From Marsupella aquatica (Eukaryota; Plantae; Marchantiophyta), in contig OZ316899.1 of NCBI GenBank assembly GCA_973895155.1, positions 3,245,455-3,309,454 of the forward strand: a stretch of 64,000 bases of DNA, written 5' to 3'. The position numbers and the translations under genes were made by a program. Below the pieces are notes generated by a model that did no database searches, was not told the origin of the DNA, and worked only from the letters and a program-made list of their open reading frames with translations. Below, in pieces: positions 33,941 through 46,319 of the stretch; position 1 is the stretch's first letter, and each line of letters starts with the position of its first letter.

Positions 33941-36900
33941 TTAAAGTTTGAATCTATTTTCAAAATATGTGCCAACCTGAGCAAAATTAGGGACACAATG
34001 AATCACTTTAGCAATGTTTGCTACCTCCGCAACAATATAAGGCACTTTGGATCTTTTGTAAAGTGCTTTTCTGCTTGTAGAGGCTGTCGTGCCTTCATCA
34101 ACCCACTGGAGCTTTGTGCAGTGCAATAACTTCCAATCTCCAACCCTTGGCAGCTTTTCCATCATTCTAACAAATGCTAGATGCTTCATGATCTTCTTGC
34201 CACCCTCATCAATGACTTCACAAGAAATCAGCAACCTCAGTTGACCATAAGATGTTATAGGATCAACGCCAACTTCTTCCATCTGAAGAGAGACGAATCC
34301 AAACCATTCTTTACCATGGAAACTTCTGCAGGCACGGGTGTACATTGGCCAATCTCCAAATCAAATGCCTTCCCCAGCAGGCACTGCTAAGCTTTTCCAA
34401 ATTTGTATTATCTCAGGAACTGCACAATTCTCATCATTCAAGTGCATAACAAAGGCTTCTCTCAGGTGCAATTGTATTTCTGGTTGACACTAAAATAGTT
34501 CACTCACTTCTACAGGCAGAAAGTCATTGTTACTTGCATCAAGCCAACTCAATGTCAACCTTATATCCTTTCCAGATAGGGTGATCTGTCCTGTCAATAA
34601 GCCTGCACATATCAAATCAAAAAAGCACATGCATAAGTGCCTACAAGACATCCTTTGTAAAGTGACATGTGTTGCTACATACAAACTGAAAGTGTAGTAG
34701 AAGTGGGAGGGAGGTAAGGGGAATAGTACTCGGTCCAATGCAGTAACATCTTCTGCATGCACTCTTAAGTCTTCTTGACAGCTCGCTTTGTCTAGTAAAA
34801 TTCTAGTCCTCTGGCTATGCCTTGCTATTTGCCCCATGAAATTCCTCTTGTTGCTATGTCTGTATGGAACCTTCATGAGGGCAATGTGAAGATGTTCGAA
34901 TATACCTGTGTCATATTCTAAAGGCAACCCACATCGTTTGATACAATCTTTCAGGTGACTCATGGCATGGACTTTTACAATGTTGAAACTTGACTTCTGC
35001 CAAGTTTTAGCGTGTTTTATCATCGATCCTACTGCTTTTTTCATTAACTGATCCATTTGATTCAAGGACCTCTCAGAATGTTGTTTACTCTAGAATGCTA
35101 GCAAATACCAATCTATGAAGTCCACAAAAACCTCAATGAGCGGATTTGGAATGACACCAAGCAAACAAAATACCACAACCTGCATAACAAATTTATGCTC
35201 GAATCCATGAAAGTTAGCATTGCTTTGAAAGTAACCACTTTGGTTACTCCCGGGCAATCTAAAGGAAGCATAACAACATTCCTTGTGTATTTTCTGGAGT
35301 CTTCTATCAAGTTCTTGCATAGGTTTTTTCACAAGGCTCTGGGAAGCAGCAGCCGATCTCACAATGCCCACTAGAGTCTTGAATACACCTAGTATGGACT
35401 GAAGAAGATCGTCTAATTGTATGCATCGATAGGGATTTCCATACAGCAAATCACCTCCACAAAATCCCCATAGAGCACATTGCAAGACATCACAAGAAAA
35501 AAAATCACTCACAGTTGAGAGAAAGAGAAGAATAACTGAACACATTCAAAACTCCCTTTGCACAATCAATGCTCATCTCAATAAGAAGTGCTTACCTGTA
35601 CTGGATAAATCGACTGCTCCTTAGACATATGTTTCTGATCTTGCATAGAAGACTGCCGCATCTCTTCTAAGATTGCTTCCATTCCCTTCTCATCCCTATA
35701 AGAAAATCTTCTTGCAGCATTGCTGAGGGATTCTTTTGGACAGAAACAACAACTACATGGATAATTTAACTTGTTTGTATCAAATGTGCATGTGATTCTA
35801 CTCCCCTCTGTCTGGTCATAGATATACAGACATAGTCTTGGAAAGACCCATTGGGATTGACCAAATGGGTCTTTCATGTGAACTCCTGTATGACTTGCCG
35901 CCTTCAATGGTGCCAAAACAATCTCCTCACATTTGTGAAACAGTTCCAATTTGGCTGTACTAGGAACCTCTGTCTCCAATATACCTACAGCAAAAGAAAT
36001 TAGTGTAAGTATTTTGAAATGAATATAAAGGTTGTAAGTGTTGGACTTTTTAACATCCAGGGAATATCTACACAGACAAAGAGCAGTCAAATTCAACTAG
36101 AGGGGAATAATTGCAGTTTAAATCTCACATGGATCATTCGGACCAATAACAGGAAGAATAGCCAGCAAAGCGTGACCTTCTGGCAAACTTCTAAGACTGC
36201 AATTAATATTGCCAATTGTCATGACTAAAGGCCAACCCTGAGTTCTCTTGTTGTGAGACAAGGCAGTCTGATCAAAATACAAAATGATGGGTGCAATCAC
36301 TCCTCCTTTGCAAGTAGATTCAACATCTTGCTCCATTTCCCTCCACCACTCAGCAGATTGCAAAGTAGTGTACAATCTCTCACTGCCCTCTATAGCAACT
36401 GAAGAGTGAAGTGCCAACTCTTCTTTATTTTTAGGAGAAGAAAATAGATCTTCCAAAACACGTAATGGATCACGATGCAACAAATGAACTGGAGCACTTT
36501 CAGTCTCCTTGCGGACTTCAACCTTTTCCCAATTTTGGTCACGTACCCCTCTCACTTGTTAAACTTTCCTCATATTTACAAACCTCAGCAGCAGTATGAA
36601 CCTGGACTTTTTTGGTATCGAATTGAGGGTGGTGCAGCAGCCAAAATAATCTGCTCATATCTTTGTGAGATAATCCTCCTCCGATGTGGCATTGTCTCAT
36701 AAAGAAGACAAGTTGAAAAGTAACATCAATTTTTTTATTACATTGGGCAGGAGATGTGAATTCATTCTCAAACAGGTCCATGAATTCCTCAGAGGACTGC
36801 TCTCCAACTGTCTCAACATTGGCCTGTATAGATTCCGGTATACATGTGTTCCCAACGTTTACACTTGTATGGAACCCTTCGTGCTCTACCTCCATCACAT

Positions 36901-37099
36901 GATCAGTCTGTTTAGCCCTTTGCACAGCTCTCTGTTTTGCTAAGCAAAGTCCATTTTGTCCTTGGTGGGTCCGCAAAGCTGTATAATCCAGAAATCCCAA
37001 AGCTCCACAAAAATTACACTTAAAGTTGAAGTCATAAAAAATCCTGTTGTCCCTACACAATATAAAATCAATACAATGTATTAAACCACTACTCTGCAC
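33941..37099 (-). pseudogene. Plavaka-type (CMC-related) DDE transposase, spliced, frameshifted
   Basis: Segments: N-terminal C2H2-like CNFC...H; RDPLRVLEDLF, SAEWWREME, IAPIILYFDQT, WPLVMTIGNI; LFHKCEEIVLAPL, FPRLCLYIYDQTE, CSCCFCP; DDLLQSILGVFK; FNIVKVHAMSH...FEHLHIALMKVPYRHSNK. Canonical minus-strand donors GTAAGC (~35597) and GTGAGT (~34509), acceptor TGCAG (~34605). TIRs not found. Confidence 0.82.
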
Positions 37100-38263
37100 A
37101 TCGTTACTTATTGTTGATTACATTCATTTGAAGCTCATAAAATATTCATGGCTCTCTTTCACCAAGACTTCCTTTTTCTAAATTTCTTCTGACCTTCCAC
37201 TATTGAGTAACAACTTTTGTTGAACTGAGAAACTGCTGCTGTTGAACTGAATACAAAATTGGAAAATTTTCAATGAATTACTTAGGGAGTCACCTTAAGT
37301 CACCTGATGATGCACCTGAGTCCGCGATGTGACTAATTATAGACCAATCCTTTGGTTGCACTAATAAATCACATCACATACCCACCTTTTGATGTCCGCC
37401 TCTGCAAAAAAAGCAATGTCTATCTGTCACTAATTGAACAGTGTCATACATTGCACGGAAGCAAATTGGCCATCGGTATCATGCACGAGTGTTGTTCTTG
37501 CTGTTGTGTTGATGTAGTAGCGTTACTTCTCGCTGTGCTCACTCTTTGGAAGCGCTCGTTGGATTAGTCAATTTGTTTGCACCTACAGTAGGATGCATAG
37601 TTATGTGCAGTAGCATTGGTGCAGTAGCGGTGTCTCTCGCTGAGTATGCGGTAGTGTTACCTGTCGTTGTGCTCACTATTTGGGAGCCCTCGTTTCATTC
37701 GTCAATTCGTTCGCAATTGCAGGTTGTTAAAGCTCCGCGCAATCTGAGCTCTATTAAACACTTTGTCTCGTTCTCAAGTTGTTCGCAACCAGGTCAAAGC
37801 ATTTTTGCAAGCTCCAGGAAATAAATCTTAGCTATACGACTACACGTTCTCTCATTTTGTTTGCTACTGCAACTAATTGAAGCATTCTATCAAGGCAAAG
37901 CACATAAATCTTAGCTTTATGACCTCTGAGTCTGTGCAACGCGATTTTCGAGCATTAAGTGATTTCTGAATTTGAATTACTAAAATTTCTAGAATGATAG
38001 CTCTATAGTTCAGTGGAACGTTTCTGCGACAATCAGAACTCCCGGCTATCATGGCAATTGAAAAAGGTAAGAATCTCGCCCGGTTTCTTCCCTATCCCGT
38101 GTGATTTCTCCCTGCGGACGGACGGACAACAACTTTGCTAGGGAGAGCCCTGACTTCACTCGGGAATGAACATTCAGAAAGTGAGGATATTTGATCACCT
38201 GCTACATTCTGTGATTCATAGCTAAATAGGACTTAACGATGGCTGAAATCTTCTCTAGCTCTT

Positions 38264-41200
38264 TGTCGCACCCCTACCCTGGGCCTTAAATCCGGGTTAG
38301 TGTCGTGGTGCGACCTCGACCACCAGTAGGGGTGAGGGTTCGGGCAAGGAGGTGTGTAGTGACCTTCAATAGCCCTAAGTCGGGCTAAGCCGCTATACTT
38401 ACTGGTATAACACTCGCATAATTCGTACTTGTCATAGGTATATTTATTTTCCACCGCTGGAATTTTCCCTCAGTTAGTGACGCGGACTAACTCCCGACTT
38501 GGGGCTTTTCAAGCCATCGACGTGACAGGACCTTGTGACATGCAATGAGCGGCAATCCCTACCATTAGTCCGCACCCGGTACGTCCCTTAAAATGGCGCC
38601 TTTGCCCGGACAAAGCATACACACAACACCAGTTACTCTCAGAAACATTAAGGGGAAAAGACTACATTTACTCAGCGAAGCATCAGTTTACATGGTTGAC
38701 TCGACTTCAAAGGGGGTCAGCAGGCCCAACGGCAGTCGATGCCCAGTCTCTACGAGGCCCTGCCTCGCACTTGCCCAGCAAGCTCGACTCTGGCTCTCAC
38801 TCCTTGGTACGCTCTGACCCTACTCAGGCCGGGACTCCCCGTGCCTCGCCTTTCTTCTGCTGAGATAACTAAGCCTTCTCCCCCTTCCCATCGCGGAAGG
38901 GGAAGCCTAAATACTACCATAGCGGAAGAGAACCGGAGGATACTACCTTCCGGGGTACTACCTACTGACTAACTAACTGCTGACTACCGGTCGCGCTGCA
39001 CTGACCGGTTGACCGTCGACTACGAGTGTGCCAACCGGAATGGCAGCGGCCAAGCCTACTGACAAACTCTAGTCCGTTGATGGACTCAATCCTACGTTGG
39101 CTGATCCTAACTGACCGGCCCTAATTCTTCCTACTGCCGCTAATCGGCGCCTAATGACAGTCATTCTGTCGTTACGCCTAACTAAAAGATGCCGCTGACT
39201 TAACCGCTTCGCGCGGCTCCTGCTTCTACCCTTCGCTAACTACCCCTTACGTGTGTGCAGTGGTTGGACCAGGGCTGGTCCCCTTGTCGGGGCAAGACCT
39301 CGAGCTGCCTTGATCAGAGGTGGGCCCAGGTTTTCCCCGCTGGAGGACGAGCAGGGTGACGCGGTCCTGCAAAGCCTTGTTGTCCCGTAATGCTTCCTCC
39401 GCCTCGTTTGCAGCTTCGTCGGCTTCAATCTGGAGCCGCGCCACCTCCAAGTTGAGCTGGTCGATGGCGTCGCGATGGACCTGGTCCTGCGCTAGCAATT
39501 TATCTCGTTCGGCGGAGAGACTAGCCACCTGCTGTGCTGCCTGCAGGAATTGTTTGTTGAGGTCGGTCAGGCTGGTAACCCGAGCCAAAGATTTTGAGCG
39601 TAATTGAAGCACGGTGTCGTCCAGCTTCTTGAGTTCGGCCTGCGCTCCGCTTAACTCCTGGGTTAGTCCGTCCCTCTGTTCGACAGTGCGGACTAAATCC
39701 TCGCGGCGGGTCGTTGCCTCCTCCTCAAGGTGCTCTACCAGCATCTGGAGACGTCCGATCTCATTGCCCTTCGCCATGAGTTCTTCTTCCAAGCGGCTGA
39801 CGATCCGTGGTTGGTGCTCTAACATGAAGAAGGCTGGCTGAAAGTACGCCGAGACTTGTTGTCCGATGTATGTCGCCAACTCCCCAGACATAGTCTGGCT
39901 AAACTTCTGGACCAGGTCGTAGGCCATGGTCCCCGGGGCTACTTGGTAGTCCTCCATCCTCTCGGGTACCGGTGGTTCCTCGGCAGGGGCAACGAGCTCC
40001 TTCGTAGTCAGCGCTGGGGAGGGGAAGGTTTCTTCAGGTGGTGGAGGGATTGGGGGTGGTTGTACTGCAGGTAGCGGAGGCTCAACGGAAGGAGGCGGTG
40101 GAATTTCCACAGGGGGCGGTTGTGGAGTATTAGTCGGGGCTTCCGGCTCAGGGTTTGTCCGAGGAACAGTAGTCCGCGTAGTCGGGGTTGCCTCCTCTGG
40201 GGCGGGGGTGACATTACCCGGGGCTGAGGTGGCCGTATTCTTTCCTCTGGCCTCCCGCCGTGCCTTGTACCAGGCGAGGATAATGGCGATATGACTCCCC
40301 AAGTAAGTCTTCCCTCCAATAGCCATACCACCCTGAGCCCGCTTCAGCTCCCCCGAGAATCTTCGGTAGAAGAATTGGGCCCAGTTTCATCGTTTGTACT
40401 GTTCCACCTGCACTATCGTGCAGAGGAAAATCTCGGATCGTGGCTCAATCATGTGTAGGGTAGTCTGTATGAAGTTAAGCCGCTCCATACAGGTTAAGTT
40501 GGTGCACGCCCCCTGCTTGTATCCGTTGTCCGTCTTACCCTCGGGTTTGAAGTGCCGCGGCGTATACTCCTTATCCCGAATTCGGATTTCCACCGGCACC
40601 GGCCCGGTTGGTAGGCCAAAAATTTGCGTTAACCGATGCTCCGTGAGTGATAAGGTCTGCCCCGAAACCTTGGTGGTTGATGCATCAGTGTCGAAATTGG
40701 AGATGAACTCACAAATCTCCTTCGGCCTGGCGGCGCACGGCCTCCATAGTAAGTGGGCGAACCGCTCCAACTGATGCTCCTTGAGATAGTCCGCATGTTC
40801 GAGTTTCTTGATCGCGATCCAGACTACCTCGGGGACGCGGATTACCTGTAATAAGTTGGACTTCGGGTTATCCGGGGGCCGTCGGGTCTGGTTGGTCGGG
40901 GGGTTTGCCGGGGCAGGTGCAGGCGCGGCGTCGGTCCGTGTTGATTCGGGGGCCGTCGTAGTCCTTGACCGCTTACGAGGACGCTGTTCCAGTTGCGGAC
41001 TAGCTCGCTCGGAACCTGAAGAACACTCCGCGTTGATTACTGGACGGACTTGGGACTGGTTCGGCGGTACTCCGGTGGTCATCGGTTGAGGCGCTGGGGT
41101 AGCCATATCCCAGTTGAAGGCATTGGAGCTTTCCCCGAGGAACGTGAGATTACACGCCGCTTCCCGTTGTCTGCTGATGTCTTCTTGGCGCTTTTCGGCT

Positions 41201-42101
41201 GCGATCTGCTGGTCTAGGTACCCCGGAATCTTGTCGAACTCCGCTTGAGTAAGCCGCTGGTTGCCCTTCAGCTTAAAGAACTTAGCTGGAACCTCAAGAA
41301 TCGCCTCTGCTACCGATCTAAGCCCTTCCTCGCTGAGATATAGTTCGGTGATGTAGTCTCGCAGCTCGTTATATCTAGAATCCCTGGTGATGGCTGTCCT
41401 TTCGCAATTAACCAGTGCTACCTTGGTTACCAGCTTCGCGTACCTTCGTTCGTAAGCGGCTTTCTCGGGGCAAGAGTACCAGTAAGTCTCGGAGAACTTA
41501 GCACCTACCTCGCCAAACAAGGTCCAAAATCCCAAGGCTGTGAGGGTCATACTAACCTCGTAGTCCGGTTCGTTGCGTCCACGTTCCCACCTGGCTGGTC
41601 CTTTTTCGCGGAGGCCTCGCTCGTCCTGACTAAATCTCGCCACATTTCGCTCTTTTCCCTAGATAATTTCCTCGTAAAGGTCGACTGGATTCAATCAAAA
41701 AGGCGAGCGGATGGCAGCGTCTGTGAATTCCAAAAAGGTAAACGTGAGCGAATGGCCCGCAGTGCCATCGGCTCCTCTCTTATGGGGGTGCCCGGACGAG
41801 CCCGAGCGTGAGAAGGTCAGGCCGTTTGGTCATTGATAACGAGCTGAAGTCGGCGTCTCGGTCCAAGCGTGATTCTTCTAACTGATTTTTACTCCGCTGC
41901 CGCCACCGTACCTCGGTCGTGCGTAATAATCCCTTTCCTGAACTCGTAATTATTCGGTTATCTCAACCTACTCCTAATCTAATCATAATGGCAACTTGAC
42001 GGCTATACGTGCTATTCTACGCTATGGCTACGGTCCTAATGACCGTATAAGTCCTAATCTATGACCTGGGTTTGGTCAAGTGACACGTTACCCGTGTCAC
42101 A
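38264..42101 (-). repeat. 3' LTR (3838 bp)
   Basis: About 99% identical to 48191-52028 by eye (~17 substitutions in the first 1.5 kb, mostly transitions). Confidence 0.97.
39247..41694 (-). pseudogene. LTR-borne ~815-codon accessory gene (3' LTR copy), split by an in-frame TGA at 40387-40389
   Basis: ORFs 40387-41643 and 39247-40326 are in the same frame, 20 codons apart (KR*NWAQFFYRRFSGELKRAQGGMAIGG). An extra premature TAG lies near the 5' end relative to the 5' LTR copy. Confidence 0.85.
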
Positions 42102-45100
42102 TAGCTCCCCACTTATGTGTGAAGCGTCCTCGCGAACATCATTACGCTCGTTGTCCTGATGAAAGTACCTCTTCACACGATCGTAACTAACTCGATTGGG
42201 AAAGAGGTCGCTGGCGTACGTCGATAGTTGTAGGGATCCATTCAGGTACATCTGCTGGACAACGAAAGGTCCTAGCCAGCGTGTGTGTAACTTTCCTGGA
42301 AAGTACATGTACCTACTGTTGTACAGAAGGACAAGATCTCCCGCAGTGATGTCCACCTGGCGCAGTCCCTTGTCGTGCTGTTTCTTCGTTGCTTCTTGCT
42401 TAGCTGCCACGCGTTGCGATGCCCACAATCTGTGTTCTTCTAGACTATCGATCTTATATGCTCGATCGGACGAACTAGCGGCCTCCGATAGTCTGTGGCG
42501 GATGCGCACCCGGGGGGTCTCGACCTCGAACTCGACGGGTACTAGGGCATGTTGTCCGAATACCAAGAAATACGGACTATGGTTTGTAGTGGTCTTGAAC
42601 GCCAAGTTGTACGAATAGACCGCCGCGAAAAGCTTGTCGTCCCAGTCTATTTTGTGGGCTGCCACGGTTTTGTTGAGGATTTTCCCTACAATGCCATTAG
42701 CCCGCTCTGCTAGTCCGTTACATTTGGGATGATAAGGAGTAGTCTTCCTGTGCTTGACGAGGTAACGGTCAGTCAGTTTTTCCATCGTTTCGTTCAAAAA
42801 ATGAGTCCCGCGGTCGCTGACTAATTCCAAGGGAGGTCCGAAGCGGGTGAAGATCTGTTCGTACAGGAACCTGGCAGTGGTGGCCGCATCATCCTTGACC
42901 GTTGCCCGGGCCTCGACCCATTTAGTCGAGTAGTCGATAGCCAGAAGGATATACCGGCAATGCCGACCTCGGGTTACCGGAGTGAATGGTCCGATATAAT
43001 CGATGCCCCATTTCTCAAACGGGGCAAGGGGAAAGATTGGAGTTAGAGGATGATTACCCGATCTGCGAGGTTTGCCTGCGCGCTGACATAAGTCACACCC
43101 TCGGATAAAATGGGCTACGTCGTGATGAAGCGTGGGCCACCAATAACCTGCGTCCAAGATTTTGTGAGCCGTGGTGACTGGGGCGAAGTGTCCTCCTGCC
43201 TCTTCCTCGTGCATAGCTCGCATGACAATGATCATCTCGTTATAGTCTAGGCATCTGCGGATTTTCCCATCGACGCCTTCCTTATGCAGATGTCCACGGA
43301 TCATCATGTATGGTGCGGCCTTGCGGAGAAAGACCAACGCGGCCTCTTGGTTTATGTTACTTGGAATGCGGGCCGTTAAGAGGAAGGTGATTAGGTCCCC
43401 ATACCATGTTGGTTGGTCCGTTTCTACGCGGAATAACTCCTCATCCGGGAATGCATCATCGACAGGTGCGTCGTCCGACTCCCCTTCGATCCTTGAGAAG
43501 AAGTCCGCATTTACGTGAGCTTTCCCTGGTCGCACCCTGACTTCGTAGTTAAATTCTTGGAGCAGCAGGACCCAACGGGCTATTCTCCCTGTTAAGTCTG
43601 CTTTGTTTACCATGTACTTCAGGCTGTCATGGTCAGTATGGAATACTACCTTATACCCCAATAGATAATGGCGAAACTTTTTACACGAGTAGATGATTCC
43701 CAAGGCCTCCCGATCGGTGGGCGAATAGTTTTTCTCTGCGGCAAACAGTTGTCGACTCGCGAAGTAAATGGGGTGGTCACGTTTTTCGTCGTCCAGTTGG
43801 CTTAGGACTGAGCCGATGCAGAACCCAGACACGTCGACATACACATGGAACTCCTTGTTCCAATCGGGGGTAGTCAGAATCGGAGCCATCATGAGCTGGT
43901 TTTTTAGTTCGTCAAAGGCTGATTTTCGACGGGGAGTCATTTCTATGACCGCGTCTTGCTTCATCATTTCCGTAAGGGGTAGGGCTATTTTAGCAAAATC
44001 CTGAATGAATCGTCGGTAGTATCCTACGCAGCCTAAGAAGGATCGCACCACCTTCTGGTCCGCTGGGTAAGGGACGTTCATCCATGCGGCCACCTTCTCC
44101 TGGTCCACCTCGATCCCCCGTTTGGACACTCGGTGTCCAAGTAGCACTCCTTCCGTTACCCCGAAGAAGCATTTGCCCGGGTGTAATTTCAACCCTACTT
44201 CCCGGCACCGCTCCAAAGTCCGCCTCAGATGTTCTGGGTGCTGGGCGATTGTTCCGAAGATGGCAAAATTGTCTATGAACACCTCCAAAAATTCTCGTAA
44301 GAAGTCATGAAAAATATTCATAATGATTCGCTGGGAGATAGCCGGGGCATTGCATAAGCCAAAGGGCATCCGCCTGAACGCGTAGGTTCCCCACTCGGTT
44401 ATGAACGTGGTTTTGAGCTGGTCCGATAGTCTGATCCAAATCTGGTTATAACCTGAATATCCATCTAGGAACGTGTACACCTCATTTCGGGCTACCATGT
44501 CAAGGACCATATCCGTGTAAGGTAGCGGGTAATGGTCTTTCCGAGTAGCGTCGTTGAGCTTCCGATAGTCTTGGCATATTCGAATTTTAGGTTTACCATC
44601 AGGCCCTACCTTCTTAGGAACCACCACAATGGGGGACACCCATTCGCTAGATAAGACGGGGTAGATGATGTCCGCCACGATCAGTTGATCCAACTCCTCC
44701 TTTACCAAGACGGAATGTCTTGGGTTTAGTCTTCGTTGCCTTTCTCGGATGGCATGAGCACCCAAGTTTAGATCGATGACGTGTTCGCCATAGGCTGGTG
44801 AAATCCCGGTTAAGTCTCGGTGACTCCATGCGAAGACGTCCTCATATTCCGATAGGAGTTCTTGGATGGCCTTTTCCTCTGGCGCTCGTAGGCCATAACC
44901 GACGTTGAATGTTCTCTCCCTCTTGGTGGTGTACCTGCCATAGGATTCCTTGCGGATTACCTCCACATGGTCTCTGGTGGCCCGGTCAAGGTGAGCTTCC
45001 AATTCCTCTAGTCTGGTGCCATCGTAGGCCACAGGTTCCCAGACTGTCGGCTGGTCCTTTGGGAGTTCCTTGGGTTCCTTTATTACGGACGGAATCTCGG

Positions 45101-46235
45101 GGCTCCAGGTAACCTTTTTCTTTGCGGGAGGAGTGACGGTCTGAGTAGCGTTTTCCTCGGGTATACCGGGTAAGGCCAGCCGGCCAACTACCTTCGTAGG
45201 GCTCACCCTGTCGGGGAATGCTCCGCCCGTTGCCGCATCATCTCCTTCTGGTTTCCCGGGTGCTTCGATTTGGGCCGCTGGTCTGGGCTGGTTCAGAATA
45301 TGGGCTTCTCGGACGGCATTTACCCCAAAGACTTTCTCTTCATCCAGGCGAGAGATTAACTCCACCATATTCACCTCTTCTTCTGAGATGTCCTCCTCCG
45401 AGTCATATTCTTCGGGTCCCTGGGGCGTCTCGCCCTGGTAGTCTTCTTCCTTCCAGGACACCGTCGTAGTCGGGTTACCAAATCGTAATTCCTTCCTTCC
45501 CCAGTCGGTAACGACTCGGGCACCGTATAACCAGGGTCTGCCCAGCAGTACTGGATAAGAAGAGGGTCGGACGGGTCGCATCACCAGGTAATTTAGAAAG
45601 AACTCGAGGCCTCCAATCCACGTGGATATCTTGGTTAACGTCCCCAGTGGCATGATCCTGGCGCCGTTTGCTAACCGAATGGTGCGCGCTGTGGGTTGAT
45701 AAGATGTATATCCCAACCTTACGGAAGTGTCCTCTGTCATGATGTTTACACCGGACCCGCCGTCTATCGGTACAAACCGAACAGTACAGCCCGCTATCTC
45801 GATAGAGACTTCCGGCGCTCCTAAGTCCTGGTAAATCATCATACAGTCGGCTAAGGTGCTTACCCGAGGTAGCCGTCGCCTCCTCTTTCCTATCAGCATC
45901 TCCTTGAGTTGTTGCCTATACTTCGGGTTATCTTGCAATAGTTGTCCGACAGTGGCTGTGGCTGCACAGTTCTGAACATCCTTTTTGATGTCGTATTGGT
46001 TAGACGGTGGGGTCGCAGATTTTACTGCTTCTGCTCCCTTGACTTCAGTTTGCAGGGCAGTCTCAGCTTCCTCGGCTTCTTCGGCCGCCTTAGCATTGGC
46101 AATATCCTTCTTAATGGCTTTCTCGTGCTCTTGGGCTTCGTAGGCTTCCAATTGCTTTTTGACCAGTTCCTCTACTCGTGGGTAGAATAACTTCGGGTTA
46201 TCCCGCTGGTAGTCTTCCAGCTCGTCTGGTTCCAT
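42054..46235 (-). CDS. pol: Pol polyprotein (protease, RT, RNase H, integrase with GPF motif, no chromodomain); RT catalytic motif mutated to FIDN
   Basis: 1393-aa ORF: IDGGSGVNIM, FLDGYSGYNQI, MPFGLCNAP, FIDN, VYVDVSGFCIG, TDHDSL, H..GGH...CDLCQ, WGIDYIGP, SDRGTHF, NGLAERAN, WLGPF. The stop codon lies inside the 3' LTR. Confidence 0.95.
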   Translation of the reverse strand: MEPDELEDYQRDNPKLFYPRVEELVKKQLEAYEAQEHEKAIKKDIANAKAAEEAEEAETALQTEVKGAEAVKSATPPSNQYDIKKDVQNCAATATVGQLLQDNPKYRQQLKEMLIGKRRRRLPRVSTLADCMMIYQDLGAPEVSIEIAGCTVRFVPIDGGSGVNIMTEDTSVRLGYTSYQPTARTIRLANGARIMPLGTLTKISTWIGGLEFFLNYLVMRPVRPSSYPVLLGRPWLYGARVVTDWGRKELRFGNPTTTVSWKEEDYQGETPQGPEEYDSEEDISEEEVNMVELISRLDEEKVFGVNAVREAHILNQPRPAAQIEAPGKPEGDDAATGGAFPDRVSPTKVVGRLALPGIPEENATQTVTPPAKKKVTWSPEIPSVIKEPKELPKDQPTVWEPVAYDGTRLEELEAHLDRATRDHVEVIRKESYGRYTTKRERTFNVGYGLRAPEEKAIQELLSEYEDVFAWSHRDLTGISPAYGEHVIDLNLGAHAIRERQRRLNPRHSVLVKEELDQLIVADIIYPVLSSEWVSPIVVVPKKVGPDGKPKIRICQDYRKLNDATRKDHYPLPYTDMVLDMVARNEVYTFLDGYSGYNQIWIRLSDQLKTTFITEWGTYAFRRMPFGLCNAPAISQRIIMNIFHDFLREFLEVFIDNFAIFGTIAQHPEHLRRTLERCREVGLKLHPGKCFFGVTEGVLLGHRVSKRGIEVDQEKVAAWMNVPYPADQKVVRSFLGCVGYYRRFIQDFAKIALPLTEMMKQDAVIEMTPRRKSAFDELKNQLMMAPILTTPDWNKEFHVYVDVSGFCIGSVLSQLDDEKRDHPIYFASRQLFAAEKNYSPTDREALGIIYSCKKFRHYLLGYKVVFHTDHDSLKYMVNKADLTGRIARWVLLLQEFNYEVRVRPGKAHVNADFFSRIEGESDDAPVDDAFPDEELFRVETDQPTWYGDLITFLLTARIPSNINQEAALVFLRKAAPYMMIRGHLHKEGVDGKIRRCLDYNEMIIVMRAMHEEEAGGHFAPVTTAHKILDAGYWWPTLHHDVAHFIRGCDLCQRAGKPRRSGNHPLTPIFPLAPFEKWGIDYIGPFTPVTRGRHCRYILLAIDYSTKWVEARATVKDDAATTARFLYEQIFTRFGPPLELVSDRGTHFLNETMEKLTDRYLVKHRKTTPYHPKCNGLAERANGIVGKILNKTVAAHKIDWDDKLFAAVYSYNLAFKTTTNHSPYFLVFGQHALVPVEFEVETPRVRIRHRLSEAASSSDRAYKIDSLEEHRLWASQRVAAKQEATKKQHDKGLRQVDITAGDLVLLYNSRYMYFPGKLHTRWLGPFVVQQMYLNGSLQLSTYASDLFPNRVSYDRVKRYFHQDNERNDVREDASHISGELCDTGNVSLDQTQVID
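42102..42112 (-). promoter_or_regulatory. Polypurine tract
   Basis: Minus strand GTGGGGAGCTA directly before TGTGACA of the 3' LTR. Confidence 0.8.
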
Positions 46236-46319
46236 TGGACTATTCTTGTCTGCGACCGCCTCTTTCTGCTGGGCATCCTTTCGATCTCGTTCTTTGTACT
46301 TATCCTTCTTGCGGGATGA

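Noticed and set aside
39320-41089. Plus-strand ORFs overlapping the LTR gene (39320-39607, 39614-39841, 40394-40774 and their duplicates at 49-51 kb)
   Set aside because: They are antisense shadows of a GC-rich coding frame, without domain features.
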